A stretch of 64,000 bases of DNA from Octopus vulgaris (taxonomy: Eukaryota). The stretch is taken from the NCBI GenBank assembly GCA_951406725.2, contig OX597829.1, forward strand, positions 56,978,001 to 57,042,000, given 5' to 3'. Under the pieces are notes generated by a model. The model did no database searches. It was not told the origin of the DNA and saw nothing but the letters and a program-made list of their open reading frames with translations. A program made the translations under genes and the position numbers. This document shows positions 28,462-40,932 of this stretch, piece by piece (position 1 is the first letter of the stretch; each line of letters begins with the position of its first letter).

Positions 28462-28730
28462 ATATATGTTATAATTTCTAAATCTCTCACTCACTCACAC
28501 ACCCACAAACATGCATATATAAATACATATATTTACATATGTATATGCGTATTTAAGAGTATTTATACAATTATGTATATAATCAAACATACCAAGCAAC
28601 AAAAAGAAAATAATAATCATGCAATGAAAACAGTGAAGAGCTTTGTACATTGATTTAGACAAGAATTAAAAAAAAACCCAGTTTTTATAATGAATAATTT
28701 AAGAAATAAGTTTGCTTAATGTTTACTTAC

Positions 28731-28933
28731 TCCAAAGCATCCAAGTCAGACTCGGTAAGAGCAGCGGAACCGTTTATATCAGCATCATTATAAAGAGTAG
28801 AAAAGTTGGCAATTGTTGTGCTGGACGTGACAGGTAGATTGGGGTTTGCCGGTTCCAAGAGTAAAGGGTCATTTAGGAACTGTTCTAAATTAGTAGAACT
28901 GCTGGGATACACGTCTTCTTCGAACTTGTCCAT
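28731..28933 (-). CDS. Probable first coding exon of an unidentified host gene; acidic, Leu/Phe-studded N-terminus (MDKFEEDVYPSSSTNLEQFLNDPLLLEP...LTESDLDAL)
   Basis: ATG at 28933; 67 non-repetitive codons plus 2 nt, then a consensus donor TTGGA|GTAAGT (intron starts at 28730; the ORF-track stop lies inside the donor). Pyrimidine-rich acceptor-like sequence lies upstream (ttttcattaaccatttgtag, about 28977-28996). Downstream exons not found. Confidence 0.7.
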
Positions 28934-30064
28934 CTCAAGAAAAAACCCATTAAAGTATCAGAGAATTAACCTTTTACTACAAATGGTTAATGAAAATAGA
29001 AAGAGAGAGAGGCGAGTGGGAAAGGATGAAGTGTGAGAAATGGTAGAGCGATGCAGGAACCATCAAAGCGGGACTTGAAATATTAAAGAGAAAAGAAGAA
29101 ATGGCTTTTTATAAATAACTTTTGACAATAAATGTGTGTGTGTGTGGAAATGTGGACACCAGTTGATAATAATAAGACTCCGGTGAAATAGGTGTCGGCA
29201 ACGGCGGTTTGTTACCAATAAAGTGACATCGGGGGAAGTCGACGATGAGAAGAATGTAAAAAGTTGTGTGACTTTGGGGAAGAAATTTGCGGGAGACGAA
29301 CGTCAGAATTGTTATTGTGATACTGTAGAGTTGGCAGCACCCAAGCCCTACTTTCGTACGAAAACAGAGAAAGAGAGAGAGTTGCACTTTACGCGATTCG
29401 CTTCCTACACACACACACACACACACACGCGCGCATTTTTATTTAATTTACGTTTTGGTCACTAATAAAAAAATAGAAAAAAAAAGTGTACGCGCGCGCT
29501 CGCACACATTCATAGATATTCTGCGCCAAGGTTTTCGTTACCTTGTTTCTTTCTCTCCTTTCACCATTAGAACACACTTTTTTTTAAACATTCACATCAG
29601 CAATAATAAATAGGCATCAGTTATGCACACACACACTAATAAACGTATCTTTAGGCAGATATACGAAAAATACAAACAAATGTAAGCACGCCAATGAGAG
29701 GATTTCTATAGGGTCACTGGATCTGCTAGAAACAACAGCTAAATTTCTCAACTCAGATCAGGGAAACGACCTCAAACAAAACAAAGACGCATTGCACAAT
29801 ATACTCCCGGATATATAAAAGGGGATAGTCGTATTTTTTAAATTTTATTTTATCTAGTTTCAGCTCACGAGCTGTGGCCATGCTGGGGCACCGCCATTAA
29901 GTATCTGGAGTTTTTTTTTTTGATAATAAGTTTATCTTAATTGGAACTCATCTAGAGTGAAATACAAACTCAAATATTTATATACATTTGTGTATACATG
30001 TGCGCACAAATATATGCATGTGTATGATATATATGTTGGTACATATAAGATGAAGCGATGCATC

Positions 30065-31060
30065 TAGAGCAGCAGTACTCGCCCCTTTCTTGCTTGTAGC
30101 TCACTGCCATTGGGTGCCCCATGTGGCGAACCGAGAAGCAGCCTGATGCGAAAATCCTCTCAGCAAAAGACACAAACTCTTCAGAGGCATCCCGCAGCCG
30201 TTAATGGCAGATCGATGCCTTGCGACTCCGGATTAACTTGCTAGGTATCTCGGAACAGACATACAGTGGCACAATGTGCAGGACTACCCTGGTGGATATG
30301 CCCTGGCATTGCCTTGTAGTTGAGTCCAGGAAGACCAAGACTAGAGGATTATACTGTGATAGGAGAAAAAAGCAATGATGGTCTTTCGGCGGTGTCTAAC
30401 AGCCTGGATTTATTGGCAGCCTCTTGTGGCCGAGAGGAGGTGCCAATCATTTTCCATTTACCTAGACTCTGGGTCTATATATTTCAAGGTAAACATAGTG
30501 ATATTAGGAATTCTGCAACATGAATTCTGGATCGCTAAAAAGCCTGGCAGCGTAAAAACGTTTGGTAACAAGAGCAGTTCTGAGTATACGTAAGCTTCTA
30601 ACCAGAACTCTACACGTAAGGTGTACAGTGTAATAGCCATTAGTAGCTTATCCACGGATCTCTTAGAGAACCCTGTCTATAAATGTCTATGCTTAGCCCA
30701 TTTGAGAAAGGGCCTAGAAAACGCGCTAAATATTGTTCGCTGGCATTTCTTCCGAGAGGAATCTGAAACTGCACGGACAGACCACATGATAGTTGAAAAA
30801 CGACCAAACAAAACTTTCTTGTTCGTTATCCACCTACTCTCGTAACCAGTAAGCTGAGACAATGTAGTGAGATCAGGGTAATTGGGAGAAAGGTTCTCTC
30901 AATGAAGTTAGTGGTGGTTAGACTTTATTCTGGAGGGGTTAATCCAAAGGTGGACATCACCAACATGGCATTGGCTTTGCTGTGAGAAATACTCTGTTGT
31001 CTAAACTGATAGCGACACCACTTGGCATTTATCATGTGGCTAAATATCATGTGTCTATCA
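30065..31060 (+). mobile_element. RTE-clade LINE 5' relic (putative 5' UTR plus start of the AP-endonuclease domain)
   Basis: 30892-31029 reads GSLNEVSGG*TLFWRG*SKGGHHQHGIGFAVRNTLLSKLIATPLGI, a typical RTE APE motif. The 5' boundary is approximate. Confidence 0.7.
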
Positions 31061-32020
31061 TCTAAAAATCAAAACAACTCAGGATTCAACAGCGCAGAAT
31101 TTTAATAACTTATAGCTCGGAATCGACTCAAGCCAAGAGTGGAATTTGCTAGACGGAAATCTGTTGGAAGGAATATTCTTAATCTCAGAATCCATTAGAA
31201 AGTTATGAGAACATCACCACCACCTGGGCTCCCAAATGTCTCCAAGTGGAGTCTATTCTGATGATAGTGTTCAACTCTCCGGAGGGACGGCAATCTTGGA
31301 GATTCTGAAAACAGTCACGGGTCACTGCCAAAGTCGTAAATAAAATAAACAGAATATTCAAGTCGAGATTGTTTTTTTTTTTTCTCGTTAGAGCAACAGT
31401 AACTAGAGATAAGTATTGATCGACTAACCCACGAACATGTGTAGATTTATGTGTTTAAGTGTGTATGTGTAGGTATGAGTGTAGAGGTGAATGTGTAGGA
31501 TGTGTGTGGGAGCGTATGCACTAACGTAGCTAGAGTGTGTGCCGTCCAGGGCGGGCCTTCCGTCCGCCGCTCCCGGACCCCACAGAAAACACATTGTCTA
31601 CAGCGGACCCAAAAGTGCAGCTCGGAGCACTTTTGTGCGTGCGTGCGCGCACCAATATTTAACCACAACCGAATGTTTAAACGCGCTGTCCTAAGTTCTA
31701 TCCCACTGCTTGGCAACGTGGACAAGTTGTCTTTTACAATTCTTTGGATACTTGTGTAGAAGCGTACCGGATGGAAGTACCCATAATTCTAGAACCTAGC
31801 CTTGCCATTCGTTGTTACCTTGATTAAGATGGAATTTAAAGATTCTTAACGTCTGTCAAATACTCACTGTACCTGTAATTCTAGGATTTAGCTTTATCAG
31901 GCCGAAACATCCCAAGTATTATATAAGAGATTAAAGGATATAAATATGTGCAATATTAATCCATTTTCACTGTAATTCAATTCGAAAAATCGATATTTCT
32001 GCAGATCGAACACTGACTTA

Positions 32021-32300
32021 CTCTTCGTCGACAGCGACGCGAGCGATCCAGCACGCGCCTATGCGCATGTATGTGTGTGTGTGTGCGTATGTGTGAGTGT
32101 GTGTGTCTGAACGTGTGCATGTGTGTGTGTAAGATTTCAGACTAACATGCCAACCAGCCAGCCAGTCGGCCGGCCAACCAGCCAGCTTGTTCTTATCTCG
32201 TTTCCTACGTCTCATCAGATATCGGTTGCTTTCTTACAGTTCTCCAGAGAACAGCTGCTTCGGGATCATTGATTCGCTCATCTGCACTCGGTAACCCCCC
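32021..32300 (-). other. Candidate non-coding 5' exon upstream of the 28731-28933 exon
   Basis: Minus-strand donor GAAGA|GTAAGT at about 32020 in CpG-rich unique sequence with GCGCATG/GCGCGCG motifs; the 5' boundary is a guess. Confidence 0.3.
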
Positions 32301-33911
32301 ATCCCCATCAATTCCACCCATTTTTGCTGCCACTTGTTCACTTTATTTCCCAACCACCAACACCACCACCACACACACACACGCATATCTCCCATGTTAC
32401 GGAAGCGTTGCGCTTTTGGTAATCTTGCCCTTTCGACTGTAATTTTCCCCTCTTATTTGCCTTCGCGTACACCCGCATTCATACACGCACGCACACACCA
32501 CACAACATATACACATTTATCTCACCCGCGTTACAGAATTATGTTCTTGAAAAATCTTCCTCTGACGTGAAGCTCGCTAAGACGAAATCTAATCATCGAC
32601 CTCCAAGTTATAAAAGAAATCAATGTGAGAATGTATTTCGCGTTACGGAGCTTCTTATTTAAAAAAATAAATAAACGCTTCTGTAACGTTGGGCGCGCGT
32701 GTGCGAAATATGTCTCAAAATATGGCAACATCCAGAGATTTGTGGTTTATTGTCCTGTCTGTCTCCATTTAAATTGTCGCACCAAATCGACTACCCCAGC
32801 ATACAAGTATTACTCAGAAATATACCTGACTCAATCCTTATTTCGGAGTGTGTATCATTAAATTTTAAAACAAATTAACACCTATATTGTTATGATTCTG
32901 CAAAAGAACGCAATTGTTATGAAGAAAAATTTTAATTGATGAATTCTTCAACGACTTATACATGTAACTTAAGGAACACAGAAAGTAGCGGAATATCATT
33001 CACCATCGGTCCTTCTTTACCATTTGTCCATTATTTCGCTATCTACCTAATTCATTATATCATTTTACATGTAAAATGTAATGTTGAGAGGGATGGTATT
33101 CTTTCGATTTATGATCACAAAAAGGGGAAATACCCGAATGACGTGTCGAATAGCCCACCTCTTCGGCTTTTAATTTTTCTACAAAATTTCTTCGGATTCC
33201 TAGCCTTTTCAACCCCAGCGACAATTTTTTCTTTGCATGGGGATCCTCCCCCACTACACGAATACGCATCGACTTAAGAATATAAGGTAAAAGGATGAGT
33301 GATTCAACGATACAAAAAAAAAAAAAAACAAGAAATAATTCATAATTTCAATCTTTTAAGGCCAATAGTTTGACGATAATTTTCCGTTTCCAGTGTGCTT
33401 AATATTTTATAGTGAATTTACCATCGTTAGTGGGTGCGCCATGTACCCTTCTCAGTCTGAATATAGGCCAGAGAAACCATCCCGTTTCACCAGACTATAG
33501 ACGTACTCAAAAATAATGCTACTGTTGCTTTAACTCAGGTCAATACCCTTCTGGCATTGTTAGAGTTATGACCAAAGACGTACCATCCGTGACAATACAG
33601 TTCTTTTTGTGGTACTTCACATTTTTCACTGCGGTAGGGGAGTGATCTGAAAGTTGGATATTATTTGTAGCAGGTCCAGTGACGACTACGTAAGAGGTCT
33701 CTTCATCGCCTTCGATTATCGTTTAGTCTCAGTTCGGCCCTGAATGAAGAAGTGATCAAAATCCATCTAATCATGGCTTTGTGTGTGTGTGTGTGCGCGC
33801 GAAGTGAGGTGAGTGAGGTTTTTTGTACGGCAGAAATGGCGTTTGTATATATATAAGGTGTGCATGATATGAGTGTGTGATGTATATGAGGTATATGTGA
33901 ATGTGTGAAAC

Positions 33912-34258
33912 GTGGATAAGTGGTTAGAGTATTCGACTCAAGATCATAAGGTCGTCGGTTCGATACCTCGCGGCGCATTGTGCCCTTCAACAAGACACTT
34001 TATTTCACGTTGCTCCAGTCCGCTCTGCTGGCAAAACTGAGTTGTACCTGTATTTGAAAAGCCCAGCCTTGTCACACACACACACACACACATACACACA
34101 CACACACACTGTGACGTGCTGAATCTCCTTGAGAACAACGTTAAGGGTGCACGTGTTTGTGGAGTGCTCCAAACACTTGCACGTTAATTTCACGAAAAGG
34201 ATGTTCCGTTGATCGGATCAATTGGAACACTCAACGTCGTAACCGATGGAGTGCCAGT
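33912..34258 (+). mobile_element. tRNA-derived SINE with the family A 3' half but a different head and a CORE-like middle
   Basis: agtggttagag...ggttcgatacc head; gtgcccttcaacaagacactttatttcac; 3' half aligns with 10430-10615. Confidence 0.75.
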
Positions 34259-34439
34259 TGTGAGATGTCAGATGTCGGGTGTTATGTATCTGTGTGGATG
34301 TGTGTGGTGTGAAGAGTGTGAAGTGTGTGTGTAAAGTGTCAGCTATGTAAATGCTTGTGTATATATATATTAGCGAGGAGGGAAGCTAAAAGAAAAAAAA
34401 GCGAAAGAGATTGTGCGAGAAACTGCGCCAGAGAGAGAG

Positions 34440-34729
34440 AGAAGCAATAAAGATAATGTGAGAAATATGGGGAGAAAGTGAGAATAATAATGAGAGAGAG
34501 AGGATTGAAAGAAAGTGAGAAGTGTGAGAAACAAAGGGAAAAGTGAGTGATAATGAAAGAGACAGAACAAAGAGAGAGTGAAAGAAAGGGAATAAAGATA
34601 ATGTGAGAAATATGGGGAGAAAGTGAGAATCATAATGAAAGAGAGGAGTGAAAGAAAGAGAAGAGAGAGAAGGTAGAGATAGTGAGAAATATGGGGAGAA
34701 AGTGAGACTGATAATGAAAGAGACAGAGC

Positions 34730-34779
<50 letters not shown>

Positions 34780-34780
34780 A
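34440..34780 (+). repeat. Purine-rich irregular minisatellite ending in (GA)n
   Basis: gtgagaaatatggggagaaagtgaga occurs three times (about 34458, 34603, 34683). Confidence 0.8.
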
Positions 34781-37123
34781 GAGAACGAGTGAAGCTAGAA
34801 TTATGGTGAGAAAATCATTGCCAAAGAGAAAGGAAGAGAAAAAGAGAGTGTGAGAACGACATGTCACGTGATTAAAGGACAACGAAGCAGACGACATGAA
34901 ACATCAAATGAGACAAGAAAGGGATTAATACAATTGTTATTGTCTGTCTGTCATGTTTCCTTTTCTGCAATGTCATATTTGTATTGTCAATCTGATGTAC
35001 CAAAACTTAAATATACACAGAAAATATGAAAGAGAGAAGAGATGTTTGCCCGCGGTTGACAGGACACGCAGTGACCCTCATAAATCGAGTGTGACTGAGA
35101 GGAGAGGTCGGATAGAAGAAGCCTCTGCGGTGGCTAGAAATAGCAATCAATTTCCCTGAAGTCACTTTATTTAATGTCTCTAAATAAGTGGGGGATACCT
35201 AATAGACTGGGATATGTTTCTAAATAAATAAAATGTTGAGAAGGATTAAAAAAAAACAACAACTCTAATGTAATATTTGACGAATAATAATGCTTTATTT
35301 TATTGCGGCAATAAAAAAAAAAGAAGCTCGATGAAAAATGTGAAAACAGAAAGAGAAGAGTCAATATCTATGATTCCCATGAATAAGCGATATAAAATGA
35401 AACGTATGCGACTGGGAATAGAAACCGACTGATTCCCCACTGCTCTGTAGAAACTTGTTAGGTCCTTGTTTCTTGTATTTTAATACAGTAAAGTAAGGAA
35501 GGGTAGCGGTCACGGCTACTTATTTTTTCAGGACTTCCGAGACTGATGAGGAGGAAGGGAGAAAGTTACCCTCTAACCAGAGGAGACCTGGCCCATTTGC
35601 AACAGAGAATGCCTCTTACTCCTCTCCGAAAGGACCACGAGGTTGTGTCAGATTGGATGACGGTCAAAGTCTTCCACTTGGGAATTCAAACGCAAAGAGC
35701 CAAAACAAATACACTACCATTCCATCGTCCAGGATCGATACTTTATTTTATCGACACTCAAAACAGGTGAAAGGCAAAATTGTCTTGGTGCCATTTGAAC
35801 TCAGTGTGCAGAGAGTTGGAACAAAAGCCGAATACTGCTTTCTCTGGTACACAACTTCACGCGTGTAGGGGCAGTGTAACGTAGTGTCGATTAAATACGA
35901 CCCCAGCACATAACTGGTACTTATTTCATCAACAACGCGAAAAAAGGTGTAAAGTAAATTCGACGCCAACAGGATTTTAACCAAGAACGTAGAAGAGTAA
36001 TTCTTAAAACTGTCAAGCAATCTATTCAGTACTATCGCCATGGCTAGTATTTCCCCTTTAAATATATTTTTTAAAAATTTCAAATTTTGGCACAAGGCCA
36101 ACAGTTTAAGAGGGAGGAGCTTAATCGATTACATTAATACCAGTACTTGACTGGTACTTAATTTTATCGACCCGAGAAAGATGAAAGACAAAGTTAACCT
36201 CAGCGGGGATTTGAACTCGGAGTACAATAAGTCAGAAGAGATGACGCTGAACATATTGTCCAACACTCTGATCCTGTCAACTCGCTGCCTAATTAAACGA
36301 AGTTTTAATTACTTTTAAATAAGCACAAGACCAAATATGGAAGGAGTGAAGTATTTAGATTTACTGTCACCCGCCCTTCCTCTAGTATAATGGATGGAAA
36401 GTTATGTCGCCTTCAACAGAATCTTAGATACGATAATTGTAGAGAACCCAAATCAATTTCCAGTGTATTAAATGTGATAGCATTCCTAAGTAAATAAATA
36501 AAGATCAAATTTGAAATAAAGTTTGTATTTTGTAGGAATCTGAAGAATCTAATGTTTTCAGAACTGGTCCCAACTTCTGTTTTTCCTCTTTCAGACATGA
36601 TCAGTCTTTCCCAAAATAATGTCACATTCCTCTCTTCCCGTCACATACAAACTTATACAAATATATCCATGAAATTAGCTGAATAATTTTAGCCGATGCT
36701 GATTTCGTGGAGTCCTTTTATTTTTCTCTTTTAAATAAATAAAAGATCACCTTAATAAGGTAAAGAGCGTCGTTGTTGACATCAAACTACAACCCTCATA
36801 CAAACATTCCACCACCGTCACTACTACTACTACAACAACAACAACTACTACAACTACTTTCTTTGGTGCGAACTCTACGAAGCAAAAGGTAAAGATTCTT
36901 CTCAACCAAAATACTCGAAACAGTTGCAATAAATGAATGTGTGTATAAGTTGACTTGGAGGTGTTTAAAAGAAACGTTAACCGCAATCTTACGGCCGGCC
37001 CTCGGACGGTTTGTGATGACTATAGACACAAAAGGATTCGATGAGAGGACATAAAAGGGTTCTTTGAGAGGGGATTCCAGCAAGTAGTAAAATCGTACAG
37101 GGAGTCGGAAATATTCTAGGATC

Positions 37124-38649
37124 CGATCTTTTCCGTTTGGCTGCCAAGATTTTAAAAAAAGCTTATTGAAAATTTTAAAACTGAGTACATTAATGTAGTT
37201 TTTCCAAACTAAATTGCTGGAGATATTTCACTTTTTCCAGAAATTTAAAAAAAAAGTTATAGAGGTTTAAAGTTTGATCCTTTTCACCCAGTCAAGAAAA
37301 AGGATCTGAAAGCTGTCATTTTGTGCGTGACTGCACATTTTGTCAACATCCTGAAAATAGTGTTTGCTTTTATATGAAGCCGTAAACAAATGAATTACAC
37401 ACGACAAAACTTTCTTTTTTAATTTACAGAAAATTTTTGCGAATTTGTATTCTATGTGTGGAAATTCATGCGATTAAACCCCACGACCACCACCAAAAAT
37501 TGCGAGGGTGCGTGATTTAAGGCCCATTTAGCTGTTATTTTTAGCACGTTTCACAACCCCCTCAATGAAAAAAAACAAACAAAACAAACAAAAAAGGGAG
37601 TAAGCAACACATATTTTGTAATTTTAAGCATTCAATATGTATTTAAGGCGATAAGCAGAATAAATTAACAGATTAAATATTTTTCAAACTAAGAAACTTG
37701 TAGCACAAACTTAAGAGATATGAATCTACCATAGAACAGTGAGTGTCACAGCGTCGTTTATTACCTGGCTTTACAGAGGCCCACCTACTCTCCACTTGAT
37801 GAGTGTGGGTACCATCTTTCGAGTTAACAAACCCAATGCCTCCAGTGTGTCACTATTCCGACATGGCACCGCATAAAGAAAAAAAACCTGTCTAGTCTCG
37901 CGACACACTCCTGAGAACCCACTGCTCAGGTAGGACCCTTCGTCGGTTGTACTTATGTCTTGAGAAGACTGCTTCGTTGATCTGAGCAATCTTGCCAGGA
38001 CCGCCAACCTTAACTGGATGACGGAGCAGATCCTCTGCACATACTTCCCTAACGTAGCTGTTATAATCAACAGCTGTGCAATGGTTGATCCCCAGCTCTT
38101 CAACACAAAACTGGACTGAAGTCAATTCCTTAACCGATGAGTAAGGGTAAAAACCTAGAGTCCTAAGAGGAAGGACGCCACCTTCCAACCATGTCTTTCC
38201 TCACTGACACAGACTCATGGCATCCTTGGCGCGAGCATCGTCAATACATAATCCCACCACGTTTTCTTGTACTCATAAAATGCTTCTTCGTTTTGCATAA
38301 TTTTCTTTTGGGTATAACACACTTTTCTTGCAAGTACGAAACCGCATGATTTAAAGCCTATTTAGCTGTTATTTTTAGCACATATGACAACCGCCTAAAT
38401 GACTCGAATATATTTGTCAACACGTGCTTTCTTGCAGACGAAAGAGTTCTCACGTTTAGTTTGTTACTATGGAAACAGGCTTGAATGTGTTTGCGGCTTA
38501 CGATTGGCTAAAATTACCCCAAATTTTCAAACTTTAAAAGCTAATAAACTCTTTATTGATTTATAGCGAAAATGATTTTCATTGCATTGATTAGCACATA
38601 AAAGTATATAATTACACTGAATATGAGAAAAGCCAATCAGAAAAGATCC
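37124..38649 (-). mobile_element. Merlin (IS1595/ISXO2-like DDE) DNA transposon, internally deleted and frameshifted
   Basis: Perfect 8-bp TSD CTAGGATC (37116-37123 and 38650-38657); TIRs cgatcttttccgtttggct / ggatcttttctgattggct; transposase motifs RCSRQGC...SVRK, REVCAEDL, VGGPGKIAQINEAVFSRHKYNRRRVLPEQWV and GVCRETRQVFFLYAVPCRNSDTL. Confidence 0.9.
37840..38345 (-). pseudogene. Merlin transposase N-terminal/first-D region, disrupted
   Basis: ORF-track frames 37892..38188 and 37771..38106 join through a frameshift into the typical GG.G.IV.IDE....RKY.RGR....QWV.G...R motif; the catalytic D reads N here. Confidence 0.85.
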
Positions 38650-39249
38650 CTAGGATCTCATAAAACCTTCTACAAATGGAGAAGACCTTTAATGCAGCCT
38701 CGTATTAAAAACGAAAAAGAAAAAAAATCATTGTTCCGTCTAAAAAGAGGAATAATACATCTATTATAATCTTAAATACACTTATGTCTAAATAAAAGAG
38801 GGGATGGTTTCAGTTTGTGTTTAGGGGTTTGCTTCGGCAGCGATAATCTGGGATTGGACAAGAATAAGAACGTTTTCAGATTTCTAAAAATATTCGTGGT
38901 TTCACTGAACTAAAACATAAAGCGAAGACGGCACACCACCCGGAGTACGTTTTGAAAAGGGACAACTAGTACACTACAAATGTATAACACCACCAGCACT
39001 ACAATGACATCAAGAAAAAAAAAAAAATAAGACCAAAAAAAAAACAAAACAAAAAAACAATTACAGCAACAGCAAGAATAACAAAAAACAAACAAAAAGG
39101 AACAAGATATTGGAATATTGTCGGTAACCCAATTTCGCACGACTAGCGTCAAAATGGGGGGGGGGGGGAGTGTTTTTCGTATAATTAAGGATGAATTAGC
39201 TCGTTAGAAAATCTCCTTTAAGAGATGGAAGTTGTAACTATACTGAGAA

Positions 39250-39421
39250 ATAATGTTTATCGCCACTTCAACATGGCTGTTCCGTAGGACAGCTGGAGCG
39301 AACTACTGCTATCTTTAGCAGACGGGTATCCACCACTGAGGATGAGCACAAATAGCTCGAAACCGGACGGTCTGGTTGTCTTGTCGTCGCTGGAAGATGG
39401 CGGGGTTCGTTCCCCTGCTTG

Positions 39422-39481
<60 letters not shown>

Positions 39482-39594
39482 TCGGGTACAGATTGCATCA
39501 ATCACCAGCTGGAGGAGTTGCCCGCCTGGGGTTAAAAATTGTAATAACGTTGGTTCCTATGAAACTGCCATGTTGAAGTGGCGATAAATATTAT
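39250..39594. mobile_element. Inverted-repeat-bounded non-autonomous element carrying the hammerhead and a central (TA)n; Penelope-like or MITE-like
   Basis: 39250-39289 ataatgtttatcgccacttcaacatggctgttccgtagga matches the reverse complement of 39555-39594 with about 4 mismatches in 40. Confidence 0.7.
39332..39376 (+). ncRNA. Type I hammerhead ribozyme motif
   Basis: acca (stem I) CTGAGGA t GAGC-acaaata-GCTC (stem II) GAAA ccg-ga-cgg (stem III) TC tggt (stem I'). All core nucleotides are present, with GUC cleavage after 39372 and one extra U before stem II. Confidence 0.8.
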
Positions 39595-40615
39595 GGATGA
39601 ATTAATTTCTCTTTATCAAGAAAACTTTGTTGCTTGCAGAAACCCCTTATCTTGGCTTCTTGAGTCCACCACAAAGAAACATTTTTTTGTTGTTCTTTTG
39701 TTAAGAGACAGTTCTTTAATTCTGTCTTGTTCCTTGTTTTAAACCACCACAGCCAAAAATAATGTTAAAATAATATTTAAACTTGACCAAATAATCAGAT
39801 TAAAAAAAAAGGGGGAACTCAATAATCTTATCCAAAACAGATAGACAAGACAAAAATATAAATAAAAACTAAAAAAAGAAGGGGTGAAGAATACCATTTA
39901 TTCCCTTCTGTTTTAATAGAATATACCATTAAAATTATTCGGAACTGATTAATGTAACATGCTGTTCATATATGCTACATACCACAATAGTGAAAACATT
40001 CATTAAAATTTTGCTTTGCTTAATCACGAACAACATTTTATTAACTTATCATTATTATTGTTGTTGTTGTTGTTATCATCATCATCGTCATACAAACCTA
40101 TTTTTGACTGAATACAGTCATAGCTCAGTTTGTGTTGTGTGTTTAAAAAGAACCATTCTTAATGCTTGTTTTGAATGCTCTTCACTTCCTTCCACGTGTG
40201 TAGGTATGTGTGTCTGTTCGTTTACACACATGTACGCATGCATGCATCAGTTTGTGTGGAAACTAGGAGGGGATCTAGATTAAGCTGTTTCACATTATGT
40301 GCGTGTAGATGCGAGAGAAAGAGTTTGTGTGTGTGTGTGTGTGTGCGTGCGCGCGTACGTGCAGCGTGGTTATGTGCAAGCGCGTGCAGCAGGGAGAGAA
40401 AGTGGGTGGATGGACGGGTGGGGGCGACATTCTGTGTTTTTTCTTTTCTTTTTTTTTTATTCAATCCCGGTCTAGAATGGTTTGTTCGGGAGAAAACTGG
40501 GTAAGCTCAGTGTGAGGTAAATGTTCAGTTTTGAACCGTTGCAAGCTAATAACCCGAGTTAGGGTATGGGTAGGAGGGGTAACGTGGCCAGCAGGATTTC
40601 CTGAGGGATATGGTC

Positions 40616-40679
<64 letters not shown>

Positions 40680-40932
40680 GCAGGCACTGTCTATTATGTG
40701 TTGTGGTCGATGGTGGTATAAAGTGCATCATAAAGATGATGAAAAACATTGAATGCATTGAACAAATGAAGAATAATTTCTATGAATTCATATTCAACAG
40801 CCAAACATTGTGGACAGACTTTACACTTTATTTTTTAATTATTATCATTATTAGTCACAGGAAGAGGGATATTGCTTACAATATTTGCAAGTCCTCATTC
40901 TAGGCTGGTGCCAAGATTTATGACCGACATAT

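Noticed and set aside
28731-28933. Assigning a gene symbol (SREBP, CREB3/ATF6 or MYRF-like N-terminus)
   Set aside because: Only compositional resemblance; no diagnostic domain is present in the window.
30068-30140. HDV-like ribozyme at the 5' end of the RTE relic
   Set aside because: A P4-like hairpin followed by GCGAA and partial P1/P2 pairings are visible, but P3, L3 and P1.1 could not be built; it needs the family consensus and a covariance search.
32195-32225. Minus-strand CTGATGA...GAAAC hammerhead-like string
   Set aside because: The intervening gacgtag cannot form stem II and there is no convincing stem I or III.
37511-38402. Direct repeats (atttagctgttatttttagca) at about 37515 and 38350 as LTRs or element ends
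   Set aside because: They resemble a motif dispersed throughout the window (ctagaaatagcagc.aaat); the true boundaries are defined by the TIRs and TSD at 37124 and 38649.
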